This document shows positions 30,835 through 39,215 of a stretch of DNA of 64,000 bases, one piece after another. The stretch is from an uncultured virus (IMG/VR IMGVR_UViG_2905894795_000003) (lineage: Duplodnaviria; Heunggongvirae; Uroviricota; Caudoviricetes). The stretch's first letter is position 1. Each line of letters begins with the position of its first letter. The position numbers and the translations under genes were made by a program. The notes under the pieces were generated by a model. The model ran no database searches, was not told where the DNA came from, and saw nothing but the letters and a program-made list of their open reading frames with translations. The stretch lies in IMG/VR virus record IMGVR_UViG_2905894795_000003; one strand, given 5' to 3'.

Positions 30835-31088
30835 CGGTCACCCTCCACGCGTTCTGCTGATTTCAACTCTATAATTTCCAGATGCTCAGGGCGTACGCGG
30901 CTGACTTTGACTGTCATGCTGCAACAGCTACAAGGGGCAAACTCCAAGTTGAAACCACGACTAACACCGGTGACCACAGCCACTGAACCCGCTGGCATTT
31001 TTGCGTAGCCGTTTTCCATTGCGTATAGCGTCTTCACGCGCGAACCTACCCAATCGGCCATGCGCTTTGGTGATTTGATAGCCATCAC
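30831..31088 (-). CDS. hypothetical phage protein
   Basis: 85-aa ORF coupled to neighbours. Confidence 0.6.
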   Translation of the reverse strand: MMAIKSPKRMADWVGSRVKTLYAMENGYAKMPAGSVAVVTGVSRGFNLEFAPCSCCSMTVKVSRVRPEHLEIIELKSAERVEGDR

Positions 31089-31303
31089 TTACCATCCTTA
31101 ACCATTTCAGTAATGGTGATAGGTGAGACACTTTCCAGCAGCAGGCGTGCGCGAGTTCCGGCTATACCACCGCGGCGGCCAGCCTCTTTGTAGTAATACT
31201 CTTTGCCGCTAACCACCCACGTTGTGGCGCTTTGGTGCAGCTTGACGCACTTTTCACCGTCTCGCGTGATTACAGTTCCTGTATGGGTTTTAACAGTCAT
31301 CAC
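31085..31303 (-). CDS. hypothetical phage protein
   Basis: KTHTGTVIT...RLLLES; coupled ORF. Confidence 0.6.
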   Translation of the reverse strand: MMTVKTHTGTVITRDGEKCVKLHQSATTWVVSGKEYYYKEAGRRGGIAGTRARLLLESVSPITITEMVKDGK

Positions 31304-31866
31304 TCCGCATCCTCTGCAAGCCTGCCAGTAATCTCGACTTCTGGCGCTTCAACCGCCACATGCGGGTTTGCCCTGGCATCGTGGGGCTGTTCATACATTG
31401 CAGCAATATCAGCACGGGCTTTATCGGCATAGTCGCGTGTGAGTTCTTCGGCAGTGGCATTGGGCAGAAATTCAAGCGCTGACAGAACCGCCCCGGAAAC
31501 ATCAGCAACTTCTGAGGGCGTAGCTTTGATAAAACCCGATTTCCATGCTGCCAGTATACGGTTAGCTGCAAAATGAATACCTTCAGCCCGAATGGCGGTT
31601 AGCTTCTCTCTGCTTTCTGCTGTTTTGGTTACAGCCGCGTAAGCGTCCCGCTGCTTGCGAAGATTCACTATAATCTGTAAAGCATCAGCGGCCAGCTCGG
31701 TAATATCGATATACGAGGAGGCTTCGCGGCCTGCTTCATCCTCCCCATAAATTTCAAATTCCCCGGAATCAATGTCGCTCATTTCCACGGCTGATATTTC
31801 GTGCAAAAACCATTCAACGTTTGATCCATAACGTAACTCGCGGTCGTTGTTATCCATCATCATCAC
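31300..31866 (-). CDS. Ead/Ea22-like phage protein
   Basis: RAEGIHFAANRILAAWKSGFI module. Confidence 0.65.
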   Translation of the reverse strand: MMMMDNNDRELRYGSNVEWFLHEISAVEMSDIDSGEFEIYGEDEAGREASSYIDITELAADALQIIVNLRKQRDAYAAVTKTAESREKLTAIRAEGIHFAANRILAAWKSGFIKATPSEVADVSGAVLSALEFLPNATAEELTRDYADKARADIAAMYEQPHDARANPHVAVEAPEVEITGRLAEDAE

Positions 31867-31891
31867 CTTTAATTAAAGAATTAAATATTTA

Positions 31892-32293
31892 TTACCGAAT
31901 CGCATCGTTTATGCTGATTAGCTTCTGCCGCTTCAGGTAGTTCATGGCGTCGTTCGCCATCATCACGCCGGGTGGGTTCGCGTTATTCCTCATCGAGAAA
32001 GAAAGACGTTTAATCCACATGGTCAGCTCAGCCACCAGCATTTCATTGTTGAGGCTGTCTGACTGCTTCTCCTCTGGTTGCCGCACAACAGGCGACACAA
32101 TCACCTCCTGCCCGGATTTAACAGATTCAACCGCTGCAACGCCGGTATTCAGCAAAACGCCCAGCACTGACAAAACATCATCGTTATTGTTGCAACGACA
32201 GTCGTTGATAAGCCGCTCAATGGCCGCTGCGGCCATTACCTGTACCTCATGCCTTTCAGGGCATAGCCCCGTTTCGTGATTTACATTGGTCAT
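31892..32293 (-). CDS. hypothetical phage protein
   Basis: 133 aa with AAGGA RBS; ELTMWIKRL module. Confidence 0.65.
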   Translation of the reverse strand: MTNVNHETGLCPERHEVQVMAAAAIERLINDCRCNNNDDVLSVLGVLLNTGVAAVESVKSGQEVIVSPVVRQPEEKQSDSLNNEMLVAELTMWIKRLSFSMRNNANPPGVMMANDAMNYLKRQKLISINDAIR

Positions 32294-32459
32294 AACATTA
32301 TTCCTTTTAAATAATTATTTAATTATTTAACGGCTCGCTAGCTATGAGCCGGATATCGCAACAGCAAAGGCGACAAAAAATGTCAGAATGAAGATGAATA
32401 GGGTGCCGCCTACGCATACGGCGATAAATTTCGCCCTACATAATAAAGAATTAAATAAT

Positions 32460-32855
32460 TCAATATTCACACAGAATCCCCAGCCGCTTAGCAAGATATT
32501 CAGCAACGAACCGCCGCGCCTTCTCCAGCTTGCGCCGGTAACGGATTAGCGGAATCCCCATCGCAGCAGACTTACCCAACTGTGTCTGAGGATTGCTCCT
32601 GAACCGCTTAACGCCATACTCAACACGCAAAACCCCGGCTGATAACTCATCCTGAATCTTCAGAAGCGCTACCGCCCCCTCGACGCTGGTTTCTACCGCG
32701 TCATTAGGTGCGCCGCCACCGCCTGAAAACTGGCAGTGCGTCACCATCATCATTTCTAAAATCGAAGCGAAACTACTTCCATATCCATAGCTGTAACCAG
32801 CAATCGCCCATCTGGCCCAAAGCTCCAGCAACTGATCCAGATCGCGGCGGTTCAC
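32460..32855 (-). CDS. putative Q-like late antiterminator
   Basis: LLELWARW N-terminal motif and C-terminal HTH-like segment; several terminators lie inside the late operon. Confidence 0.6.
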   Translation of the reverse strand: MNRRDLDQLLELWARWAIAGYSYGYGSSFASILEMMMVTHCQFSGGGGAPNDAVETSVEGAVALLKIQDELSAGVLRVEYGVKRFRSNPQTQLGKSAAMGIPLIRYRRKLEKARRFVAEYLAKRLGILCEY

Positions 32856-32857
32856 GG

Positions 32858-33217
32858 TTAAACCTCCGTAATTACGACCGGGTAATGAAACTCCACCAGC
32901 TTTTTCTTCGTTTTATATTCGGTAGTTCTCACACCTTTAACGTCGATTACAGCCACCTCTCCAGAGGCATAAAAAACAAGGAAGTCGGCTACATACTTAA
33001 CGCCACCGGGCAGGTGAAAAGGGGTCTGACGGAGAAATGTCACCACATCGCCTGCCATGACCTGACGCTTTAGCTGTACGTAGTAATTACACTCCTTCAT
33101 GCTGTCGAATCTGAAGCCGTCCAGCTCACAACGCTTATTGCGGTATTTGTTAGCAGTTGGCGCTTTGAATTTCGTGTAACTCAGTGTCGGGCGGGTTGTC
33201 GCTAATTGAGAGGTCAA
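32858..33217 (-). CDS. DUF1064-family nuclease-like protein
   Basis: NKYRNK, FDSMKE, YVADF, DVKG; start uncertain. Confidence 0.82.
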   Translation of the reverse strand: MTSQLATTRPTLSYTKFKAPTANKYRNKRCELDGFRFDSMKECNYYVQLKRQVMAGDVVTFLRQTPFHLPGGVKYVADFLVFYASGEVAVIDVKGVRTTEYKTKKKLVEFHYPVVITEV

Positions 33218-33581
33218 AACCTATCTCCTCTTTAATGTGATCGGGTATCTGCTCCCATGCATAAGCACACAGAAAAGCATCATCACCGTAGCGCTCACTG
33301 AAGCGTGGGCCATTACTCAGAATGGGATGGCGAACAGCTACATCTGACGCCGAACGGCAGGCACCAGGAATAACGCCGCGATGATGGACAGCACATAGAC
33401 CAAAACCCCGAAAGTGTGCGTTTCGGTCTGTGCTGCCATAGTCGGGATCATGATGAAACTCAGTCCATACAGCCGGGTTTTCAATATCGCGCCCATCAAG
33501 ACGACAGGCCACGCAGCCCACTTCTGATACGCAGGCACTTATATAAAGTCGCTCTGCCTTAGTTGGCGTTCTTCCGTTCAT
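33150..33581 (-). CDS. Ref-family (RecA-dependent) HNH nuclease
   Basis: GRTPTKAE, GCVAC, EFHH, LCAVHHR. Confidence 0.75.
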   Translation of the reverse strand: MNGRTPTKAERLYISACVSEVGCVACRLDGRDIENPAVWTEFHHDPDYGSTDRNAHFRGFGLCAVHHRGVIPGACRSASDVAVRHPILSNGPRFSERYGDDAFLCAYAWEQIPDHIKEEIGFDLSISDNPPDTELHEIQSANC

Positions 33582-33805
33582 TTGTGACGAATGCAGTAGC
33601 GGTTAAACTGAAAAATTAAATCGGTATAACGGCTCTGCGCCTCTTGATTGGTGTTCAGCTCACTGCGTGAAGCTATACCGCAACGGCGGCGAAGGGCTAT
33701 AGCAGCTTCTGCCTCATTAGTTACGGTGTCACCTGTGCAGGTAAGGAATTGCCAGAATCGAGGCATCTGGCAGAAACGTACCGCCCCCTTAACAAGCTGC
33801 TGCAT
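33578..33805 (-). CDS. hypothetical phage protein
   Basis: FWQFL, CGIASRSEL. Confidence 0.65.
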   Translation of the reverse strand: MQQLVKGAVRFCQMPRFWQFLTCTGDTVTNEAEAAIALRRRCGIASRSELNTNQEAQSRYTDLIFQFNRYCIRHK

Positions 33806-34244
33806 GGCGAAGTCTCCCGTTACGTCTCATCTCCGCAACTAAACAACGTGAGAAAGCCTCCTCCGGCGTGCAATACATCTTTCTCTTTGCTTCCGTTCCG
33901 CATTTGCCCGGACTCGACGTGACAAAAATAAACTGATCGTCGATTCCAACACGGCCAGACAACAGCACTCTGGGCAGAACGCCAGGAAGCACACAGAAAA
34001 ACGCGCCCCGCGCCCTTAACAGCGCTATTTCTTCCTCCCGAACAATGCCAGTAAATACAGTAAGCAGTTCAGGCCCGGCACCAGCAGCCGTCGCCGTGCG
34101 TATCGTGTTCAGCGATGCGCCTTCTTTACGGGATGAAAAGGTGATTTTGTGCAAACGGTAGTCAGGTTTGATGGCACGTTCCATTAGCGCAATCAGTGAG
34201 TTTTGCGCAGGTAAGTCGCTACCCATAAAGGCTAAAATCATCAT
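33789..34244 (-). CDS. hypothetical phage protein
   Basis: 151-aa coupled ORF. Confidence 0.6.
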   Translation of the reverse strand: MMILAFMGSDLPAQNSLIALMERAIKPDYRLHKITFSSRKEGASLNTIRTATAAGAGPELLTVFTGIVREEEIALLRARGAFFCVLPGVLPRVLLSGRVGIDDQFIFVTSSPGKCGTEAKRKMYCTPEEAFSRCLVAEMRRNGRLRHAAAC

Positions 34245-34729
34245 GACGCTAAAGCCCTCAGATTTTCACGGCGGGTTACTGCAATGGTTTCGTGAATGAG
34301 ATTTATATCGGACGGGTTTTTACCCAGTGAAGAGAGTTTTTCGAGGGCGCTACGAACTTCTCCAACTGTGACATTCGTAGTTTTCCAGCGGCACAAAATT
34401 AATTCAGTCTGCTTTTCGTCAACTTCAAAGCGAAGAGTCTGCTCTTCAAATATTTTTTTTAGCTTAGATAGATTGTTGACAAGAATGTTATTGCGCTGAC
34501 GGCGTTTACAGAGAACCCGTGCCTTGCTTTTCTCAGCTCGCTTGCTTAACAACAGATGAAAATCCACTTCATCGCTAAGTTTTTCTAACAAAGTCATCAT
34601 CATATCTGCTCTTGGATAACGATCACCACGGCAATAAGCAGATAATGTGGTGGCATTGACACCCAGTTTTCTCGCCGCAGATGCTATTGATCTTTCGCTT
34701 TCAACCCATTGCTGGAGACTGATCTTCAT
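34241..34729 (-). CDS. Cro-like HTH regulator with long C-terminal extension
   Basis: SIASAARKLGVNATTLSAYCRGDRYP; divergent from repressor. Confidence 0.75.
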   Translation of the reverse strand: MKISLQQWVESERSIASAARKLGVNATTLSAYCRGDRYPRADMMMTLLEKLSDEVDFHLLLSKRAEKSKARVLCKRRQRNNILVNNLSKLKKIFEEQTLRFEVDEKQTELILCRWKTTNVTVGEVRSALEKLSSLGKNPSDINLIHETIAVTRRENLRALAS

Positions 34730-34885
34730 AACCACACCTCGAATTAACAACACATAACGAAGTTACAGAAAATTCATATTGTGTGTCAACTCAAATTGAA
34801 GTAGTTAATTCAATTTGTAGCGGTTTTTTTTCACAGCTAGGATAAAATTTGCCACCCAAAATGCGAACATTTCACGGTTAACTAA

Positions 34886-35521
34886 ATGACAATCCAAACG
34901 CCAGAAATCATAGGGAAAAGAATTAAAGCGGCGAGACAACAAAAGGGCATAACAATCAAAGATTTATCTTTGTTAGTTAATTTGGCTCCATCCTCTATCC
35001 AGAACTATGAATCGGGGATCCGCCAACCTTCGCTTGACACACTCAAAGTTCTTGCAAAAGCTTTAGAGTGCTCTGCCGTTTGGCTTAGCACTCTTTCTGA
35101 CATAAATGAGGGTGCTGAAAATTACTGCTACAGCCTGATAAATCCAGTTGTACCCGGCAGACCGCCATTAGAGGTTGATTCGGTGATGTTTTCTGCAAAG
35201 CACATCGAAGCTCACGGGGCCTCTCCTGCTCTGACAAAATTAATTAAGGTTACAGATGATTACTTATTTCCCGATATTAGAGAAGGGGATGAAGTTTTAG
35301 TTAATACCGGCGATAAAAATATATCAGTCAAGGCTGATTTTTTTTGTTTCTCCGATGCTGCCCAGAAACCAATAGTTAGATGGGCACGCAGAGATATAGG
35401 ACAAGAAGGTTTTCATGTTTATTCGAATAACAATACTCACTCTCCCGAAGTATTTATTTCAGATAATACATGTACAGTTTTCATAATCGGAAAAGTAATC
35501 AGTCTTGTCAGATGGGTATAA
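34886..35521 (+). CDS. CI-like repressor (HTH plus degenerate S24 domain)
   Basis: RIKAARQQKG...IQNYESGIRQP; VTDDYLFPDIREGDEVLV; IIGKV. Confidence 0.88.
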   Translation: MTIQTPEIIGKRIKAARQQKGITIKDLSLLVNLAPSSIQNYESGIRQPSLDTLKVLAKALECSAVWLSTLSDINEGAENYCYSLINPVVPGRPPLEVDSVMFSAKHIEAHGASPALTKLIKVTDDYLFPDIREGDEVLVNTGDKNISVKADFFCFSDAAQKPIVRWARRDIGQEGFHVYSNNNTHSPEVFISDNTCTVFIIGKVISLVRWV

Positions 35522-35524
35522 GTA

Positions 35525-35947
35525 ATGAGTTTGCTCCTCAAGGGTGAAGCATATCACCGATATGTAATCTCTATGAGGTGGAAAATGGAAGAAAACCTTT
35601 ATCAGGTTATCGTTAATATCGATGCAATCGAAGCCTACTGTGATGCACTAGATTGCTTTCTTAACGACGCTCATACTCTACAAAATTTACTACCATCAGC
35701 GTTTACCTTGACTGTGGTTCAACACGAAAAGATAGCCAGCCTCACGACAGCATATGAGGCTTTATCTTTGCTTGATGATGCAACTACCTTATCTTTTCTT
35801 CTCAAAATAGCCAACCTAAACGTAGCCATAAATGCGATTCTGAATCAGTACGCAGAAGACAAAAGTGATATTCATATCAATAGCTTAAGAAGCATTAATG
35901 CTGACATCCTCTCTTTTCTGAATGAGTTCAGGGAATGCGTCGGATAG
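35525..35947 (+). CDS. hypothetical helical protein downstream of repressor
   Basis: 140-aa low-GC ORF; start may be Met at 35585. Confidence 0.6.
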   Translation: MSLLLKGEAYHRYVISMRWKMEENLYQVIVNIDAIEAYCDALDCFLNDAHTLQNLLPSAFTLTVVQHEKIASLTTAYEALSLLDDATTLSFLLKIANLNVAINAILNQYAEDKSDIHINSLRSINADILSFLNEFRECVG

Positions 35948-36070
35948 TGTCCAGGCGAAGGGCGGGCAACCGCCCAATCTTTAATTAAATAATTATTTAC
36001 TGGTTTTGCGAGGTGATGTAAACTCCCTCAAAACGTTAATTCTTTAATTATTTATCAGGAGGGAATCTTA

Positions 36071-36742
36071 ATGACGCTATCCATAGCTCTAATTGGAGGC
36101 AAGGGCGGGGTGACTAAATCAACAATCGCCCGCGCACTTGGCGTTGCATATGCTGCGGCTGATTGGCGTGTGCTGGGTGCCGATTTAGAACTAGGCCAGG
36201 CCACTATCAGAAAATGGGCTAAGCGGCGTGAAGAAGCAGGTTTTTTACCATCTGTGCCCGTTCAGTCCTTCGGTGCAGTATCAATGGCCGCGAAAGAAGT
36301 TAAAAACGGTTCATGGGACATCGTCATTCTTGACTGCCCGGCTTTCGCGTCAAAGTCGTCAATTGAAGTCGCAGAACTGGCTGACATGGTTGTACTGCCT
36401 ACCCGCTTTTCTATTGATGATATGGAAAGTACCGCCGAAACGGCAAACTCACTGGTTGTAGCGGGCGTTCAACCAGAGAAAATAGCAATCGTGTTTTCAG
36501 GGGTAGCGGAAGCAAGATCCAGTGCAGAACGTGAGCGAGATAACGAAGACGCACGCGCATATTTCAGTACAACACCCTATTTTGTGATTGATGGCTACAT
36601 CCCCCACCAGAAAGCCCTTAGCACAGCTCAGGATGTGGGAAGAACTATTACCGAATGTCAGTACAAAGGGCCACGAGAGAAAGCAGATCGTGTGATCCAG
36701 GGCATCATTTCACGTTTCGAAAGCATTACAGAGGACAAGTAA
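36071..36742 (+). CDS. parA: ParA-family partition ATPase (short, type Ib)
   Basis: KGGVTKST deviant Walker A, ILDCP, ADMVVLP; no N-terminal HTH. Confidence 0.92.
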   Translation: MTLSIALIGGKGGVTKSTIARALGVAYAAADWRVLGADLELGQATIRKWAKRREEAGFLPSVPVQSFGAVSMAAKEVKNGSWDIVILDCPAFASKSSIEVAELADMVVLPTRFSIDDMESTAETANSLVVAGVQPEKIAIVFSGVAEARSSAERERDNEDARAYFSTTPYFVIDGYIPHQKALSTAQDVGRTITECQYKGPREKADRVIQGIISRFESITEDK

Positions 36743-36744
36743 TC

Positions 36745-36975
36745 ATGGCATCACCTAAAAGACCACCACGCACTGCACCAACCATCGAACAAACAGCATC
36801 AGCAGTGCAGGCCACCAGCAGAGGGGCCAGAGAATCGAAAGGCGGAAAAGCCATGAATTTCAATGTTGATCCTGAGTTTTTTACAGAATATAAATCGTTC
36901 GCATCAATGAACAACCTGTCTATGAAACAGCTACTTGAAAATAGTTTCATGGAATACAAACGTAATCACAGTTGA
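36745..36975 (+). CDS. small ribbon-helix-helix partition protein (ParG/ParB-like)
   Basis: 76 aa right after parA; flexible N terminus then MNFNVDPEFFTEYKSFA...SMKQLL. Confidence 0.78.
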   Translation: MASPKRPPRTAPTIEQTASAVQATSRGARESKGGKAMNFNVDPEFFTEYKSFASMNNLSMKQLLENSFMEYKRNHS

Positions 36976-36990
36976 TTGTGACCGGACACG

Positions 36991-37011
36991 AAGCCCACTA
37001 AGTGGGCTTTT
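36991..37011. terminator. intrinsic terminator after par operon
   Basis: AAGCCCACT-A-AGTGGGCTTTT. Confidence 0.7.
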
Positions 37012-37059
37012 AGTTACGATATAAATAATATCCAAGTGTTTATGCAAGCATGTTGTTAA

Positions 37060-37554
37060 TCAATCGACCATACCTAATTTGCACTTTATCTTTGGTGATT
37101 CATCCTCTCCTAAAATTTGGGACTGTACCGTAATTTTTCCGCTTTTCCATACGGAAATATAGATATGTCCCTTAGGCATTGAAAAGGTGAAAGTTTCACC
37201 TATTGCAATGAAGTCTTTATCAGAGAAAAAATCGTCTTCGTTCGTGACCTCTGGAATTAAAGAGGTCAACTCACCATTATAAATAGATTCGGGTTTATTT
37301 ATTAATAGGGTTCCATTGAATTTTGTATTCAAGTCATATCCCACATGATTTAAAACGATTGTTCCATCGAAAGAATTTTTAGGGCATATAATCGAAAAAG
37401 CGCTAGACAAATTACCGTCCTTACGTGCTGCACTATCGATTAAGTTGACGATGGTAGTTGATAATTCTTTTTGTTCTTTATTTGTGGCTGAATGGGAAAA
37501 TATAGATACTGTCGATAGCGAAAAAAGTAATATAAGTTTATATAGTCCGTTCAC
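37060..37554 (-). CDS. exported hypothetical protein (moron)
   Basis: Signal-peptide-like N terminus, two Cys, low GC. Confidence 0.7.
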   Translation of the reverse strand: MNGLYKLILLFSLSTVSIFSHSATNKEQKELSTTIVNLIDSAARKDGNLSSAFSIICPKNSFDGTIVLNHVGYDLNTKFNGTLLINKPESIYNGELTSLIPEVTNEDDFFSDKDFIAIGETFTFSMPKGHIYISVWKSGKITVQSQILGEDESPKIKCKLGMVD

Positions 37555-37679
37555 AATCGTTCCTTTTATCTTGTAATAAGCTTATTAGCCCGGTAAAGAT
37601 AAGCATATTGTTATCAACAAAAGGTCTACGAACCGCAAATTTATTTGAAGCAGCAAAAGCCCGCAATTAGCGGGCTTTT

Positions 37680-37934
37680 TTATGTCAGCTCAAAATCGTC
37701 ATCGAACAGGTGCGCGGTTATGGCGACTCTGTCAGCAGTGAGCGTGTACCTTATTCCCTCAGCAAGTGAGACAGGGCGATCAAACTCCAGCATGAAACAG
37801 TAATCGTACGTGCGGCCAAACCAGTAGCCGCCGCCACTCTCTCGGCTACGCTGAAAAAACACCCAACCCCCAGGCTGGTAACTCTCCAGCCGTTCGCCCC
37901 TGTAAACCACCTGATAATTGACGTCGCGTCCCAT
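37680..37934 (-). CDS. LexA-regulated small protein, candidate antirepressor
   Basis: 84 aa; SOS box 20 bp upstream; terminators on both sides. Confidence 0.7.
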   Translation of the reverse strand: MGRDVNYQVVYRGERLESYQPGGWVFFQRSRESGGGYWFGRTYDYCFMLEFDRPVSLAEGIRYTLTADRVAITAHLFDDDFELT

Positions 37935-37953
37935 GATTCCCCTGTTTAAAAAA

Positions 37954-37973
37954 TACTGTGTATTTAAACAGTA
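37954..37973. promoter_or_regulatory. LexA (SOS) box
   Basis: TACTGTGTATTTAAACAGTA = TACTG-N10-CAGTA. Confidence 0.88.
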
Positions 37974-38048
37974 TTACTGAAAAGGGAAAGCGGTCAAGTG
38001 GGGGCTTGCCGGACATAAAAAAGCCTGCTAATCGCGGGCTTTGCTGGC

Positions 38049-38327
38049 TTAAAAATAGAGCATCGCAGACTCGACTCCGCACGCTTTGGCGTAGCGGGCG
38101 ACCGTGTCGACACTGGCCGACGTTATATTTTTTTCCATCCGGGACACAGTAGGCGGCTTAACCCCCATGCGCTCGGCGACTTGTGCGCTCGTCAGTCCGG
38201 CATGTTTGCGCCACTCCAGCAAAAGCGCCTGTAGGCGCTCTTTCCGTTCTTCGGCTTCGTATGCGGCGCGATATTTATCATCGCGCATCATTTCGGCATG
38301 GATCTCTTTATGTGTTCTGTACTTCAC
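38049..38327 (-). CDS. HTH (HigA-like) antitoxin
   Basis: GLTSAQVAERMGVKPPTVSRME; overlaps toxin stop. Confidence 0.85.
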   Translation of the reverse strand: MKYRTHKEIHAEMMRDDKYRAAYEAEERKERLQALLLEWRKHAGLTSAQVAERMGVKPPTVSRMEKNITSASVDTVARYAKACGVESAMLYF

Positions 38328-38637
38328 GTTTCATTTCCTCCAGTCGCTGCCAGGCTGTTTCGATTTCGGCGGGGGGCGTTTTCGGCGACTTTTTAATGAA
38401 AATCCTCAGCATATAGATTTTTTGGCCCGCCTGATAAACCCACAGCCCCCGCGATATATCTCCGCCCATTGTTCGCACTTCGAAAAGACCACCGCCTAAC
38501 GACTTCGTGTGCGGCTCCCGTAACAGTCGGGGATCGGCTTCCAGTTTTGTGACCAGCTTGTCGAACTTCACGCGGATGGCCACGGGCAAACTTTTTAACT
38601 CTGCTTCCGCTTCGTCGTGGTAAATAACATCAAACAA
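38308..38637 (-). CDS. RelE/HigB-family toxin (toxin-first operon)
   Basis: EPHTKSLGGGLFEVR, FIKKSPKTP. Confidence 0.88.
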   Translation of the reverse strand: MFDVIYHDEAEAELKSLPVAIRVKFDKLVTKLEADPRLLREPHTKSLGGGLFEVRTMGGDISRGLWVYQAGQKIYMLRIFIKKSPKTPPAEIETAWQRLEEMKREVQNT

Positions 38638-38716
38638 TTGGCGTCCCTCCCTGAAACGAACATTAGCCTAAAGGCTATCATAGCGCAAGGGCTAATATTC
38701 ATTCAGTACGTACTCT

Positions 38717-38744
38717 ATTTAACATATTGTATGTAACGCGCATC
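38717..38744 (-). other. dif/psi-like XerCD recombination site
   Basis: GATGCGCGTTA-CATACA-ATATGTTAAAT vs dif GGTGCGCATAA-TGTATA-TTATGTTAAAT (8/11 and 10/11). Confidence 0.78.
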
Positions 38745-38901
38745 ACCCGACCGGCACTCGCAGCCGGAATGCTTCCAACACGGTAAAAGGATCGATTATC
38801 CTGGTCGGAAACAGCCCTGTTTTATGTTGCTGATTTGTTAATGCGAGCAAGATTCATATTTGGCGTCGATTTTTTATCGAAGTGCGTGTTTTGGTCAGTT
38901 T

Positions 38902-38939
38902 GGGGTATTATTCTCAGCGGAACGAAAACTCACGTTATT
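38902..38939 (+). repeat. solo Tn3-type 38-bp terminal inverted repeat
   Basis: GGGGTATTATTCTCAGCGGAACGAAAACTCACGTTATT, 31/38 identical to the Tn3 end as recalled; no partner or tnpA in window. Confidence 0.75.
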
Positions 38940-39215
38940 TATTTCAGAAAGTTCTATTCTGAATCTCAAAAGGCACATTTTCTAATATAGGGATGCTGGG
39001 GCGATATTTCCGACCAGATGCGGCAGTTCTGCTGCTTGTGTCCCGGCTCCTTTTTAGCCCTTTCCTTTGCTAAGCCATACGGCCTTACAGGCGACTAATT
39101 TGCTTATCTAAGCCCTTTGCCCCGGTGAGCGGGCGAAACGGCGCGTAGCGACGTTACGTGCGTGATTTCCGGGGTCTTAGGCGAACGGCGCGATAGCGGT
39201 GTTGGCCTTAGAGGC

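Noticed and set aside
28770..36990. Perfect 16-bp inverted match (28770-28785 vs 36975-36990) flanking the early region
   Set aside because: A 16-mer match within 35 kb is not far from chance and no recombinase is present; it may be a binding site but is unsupported
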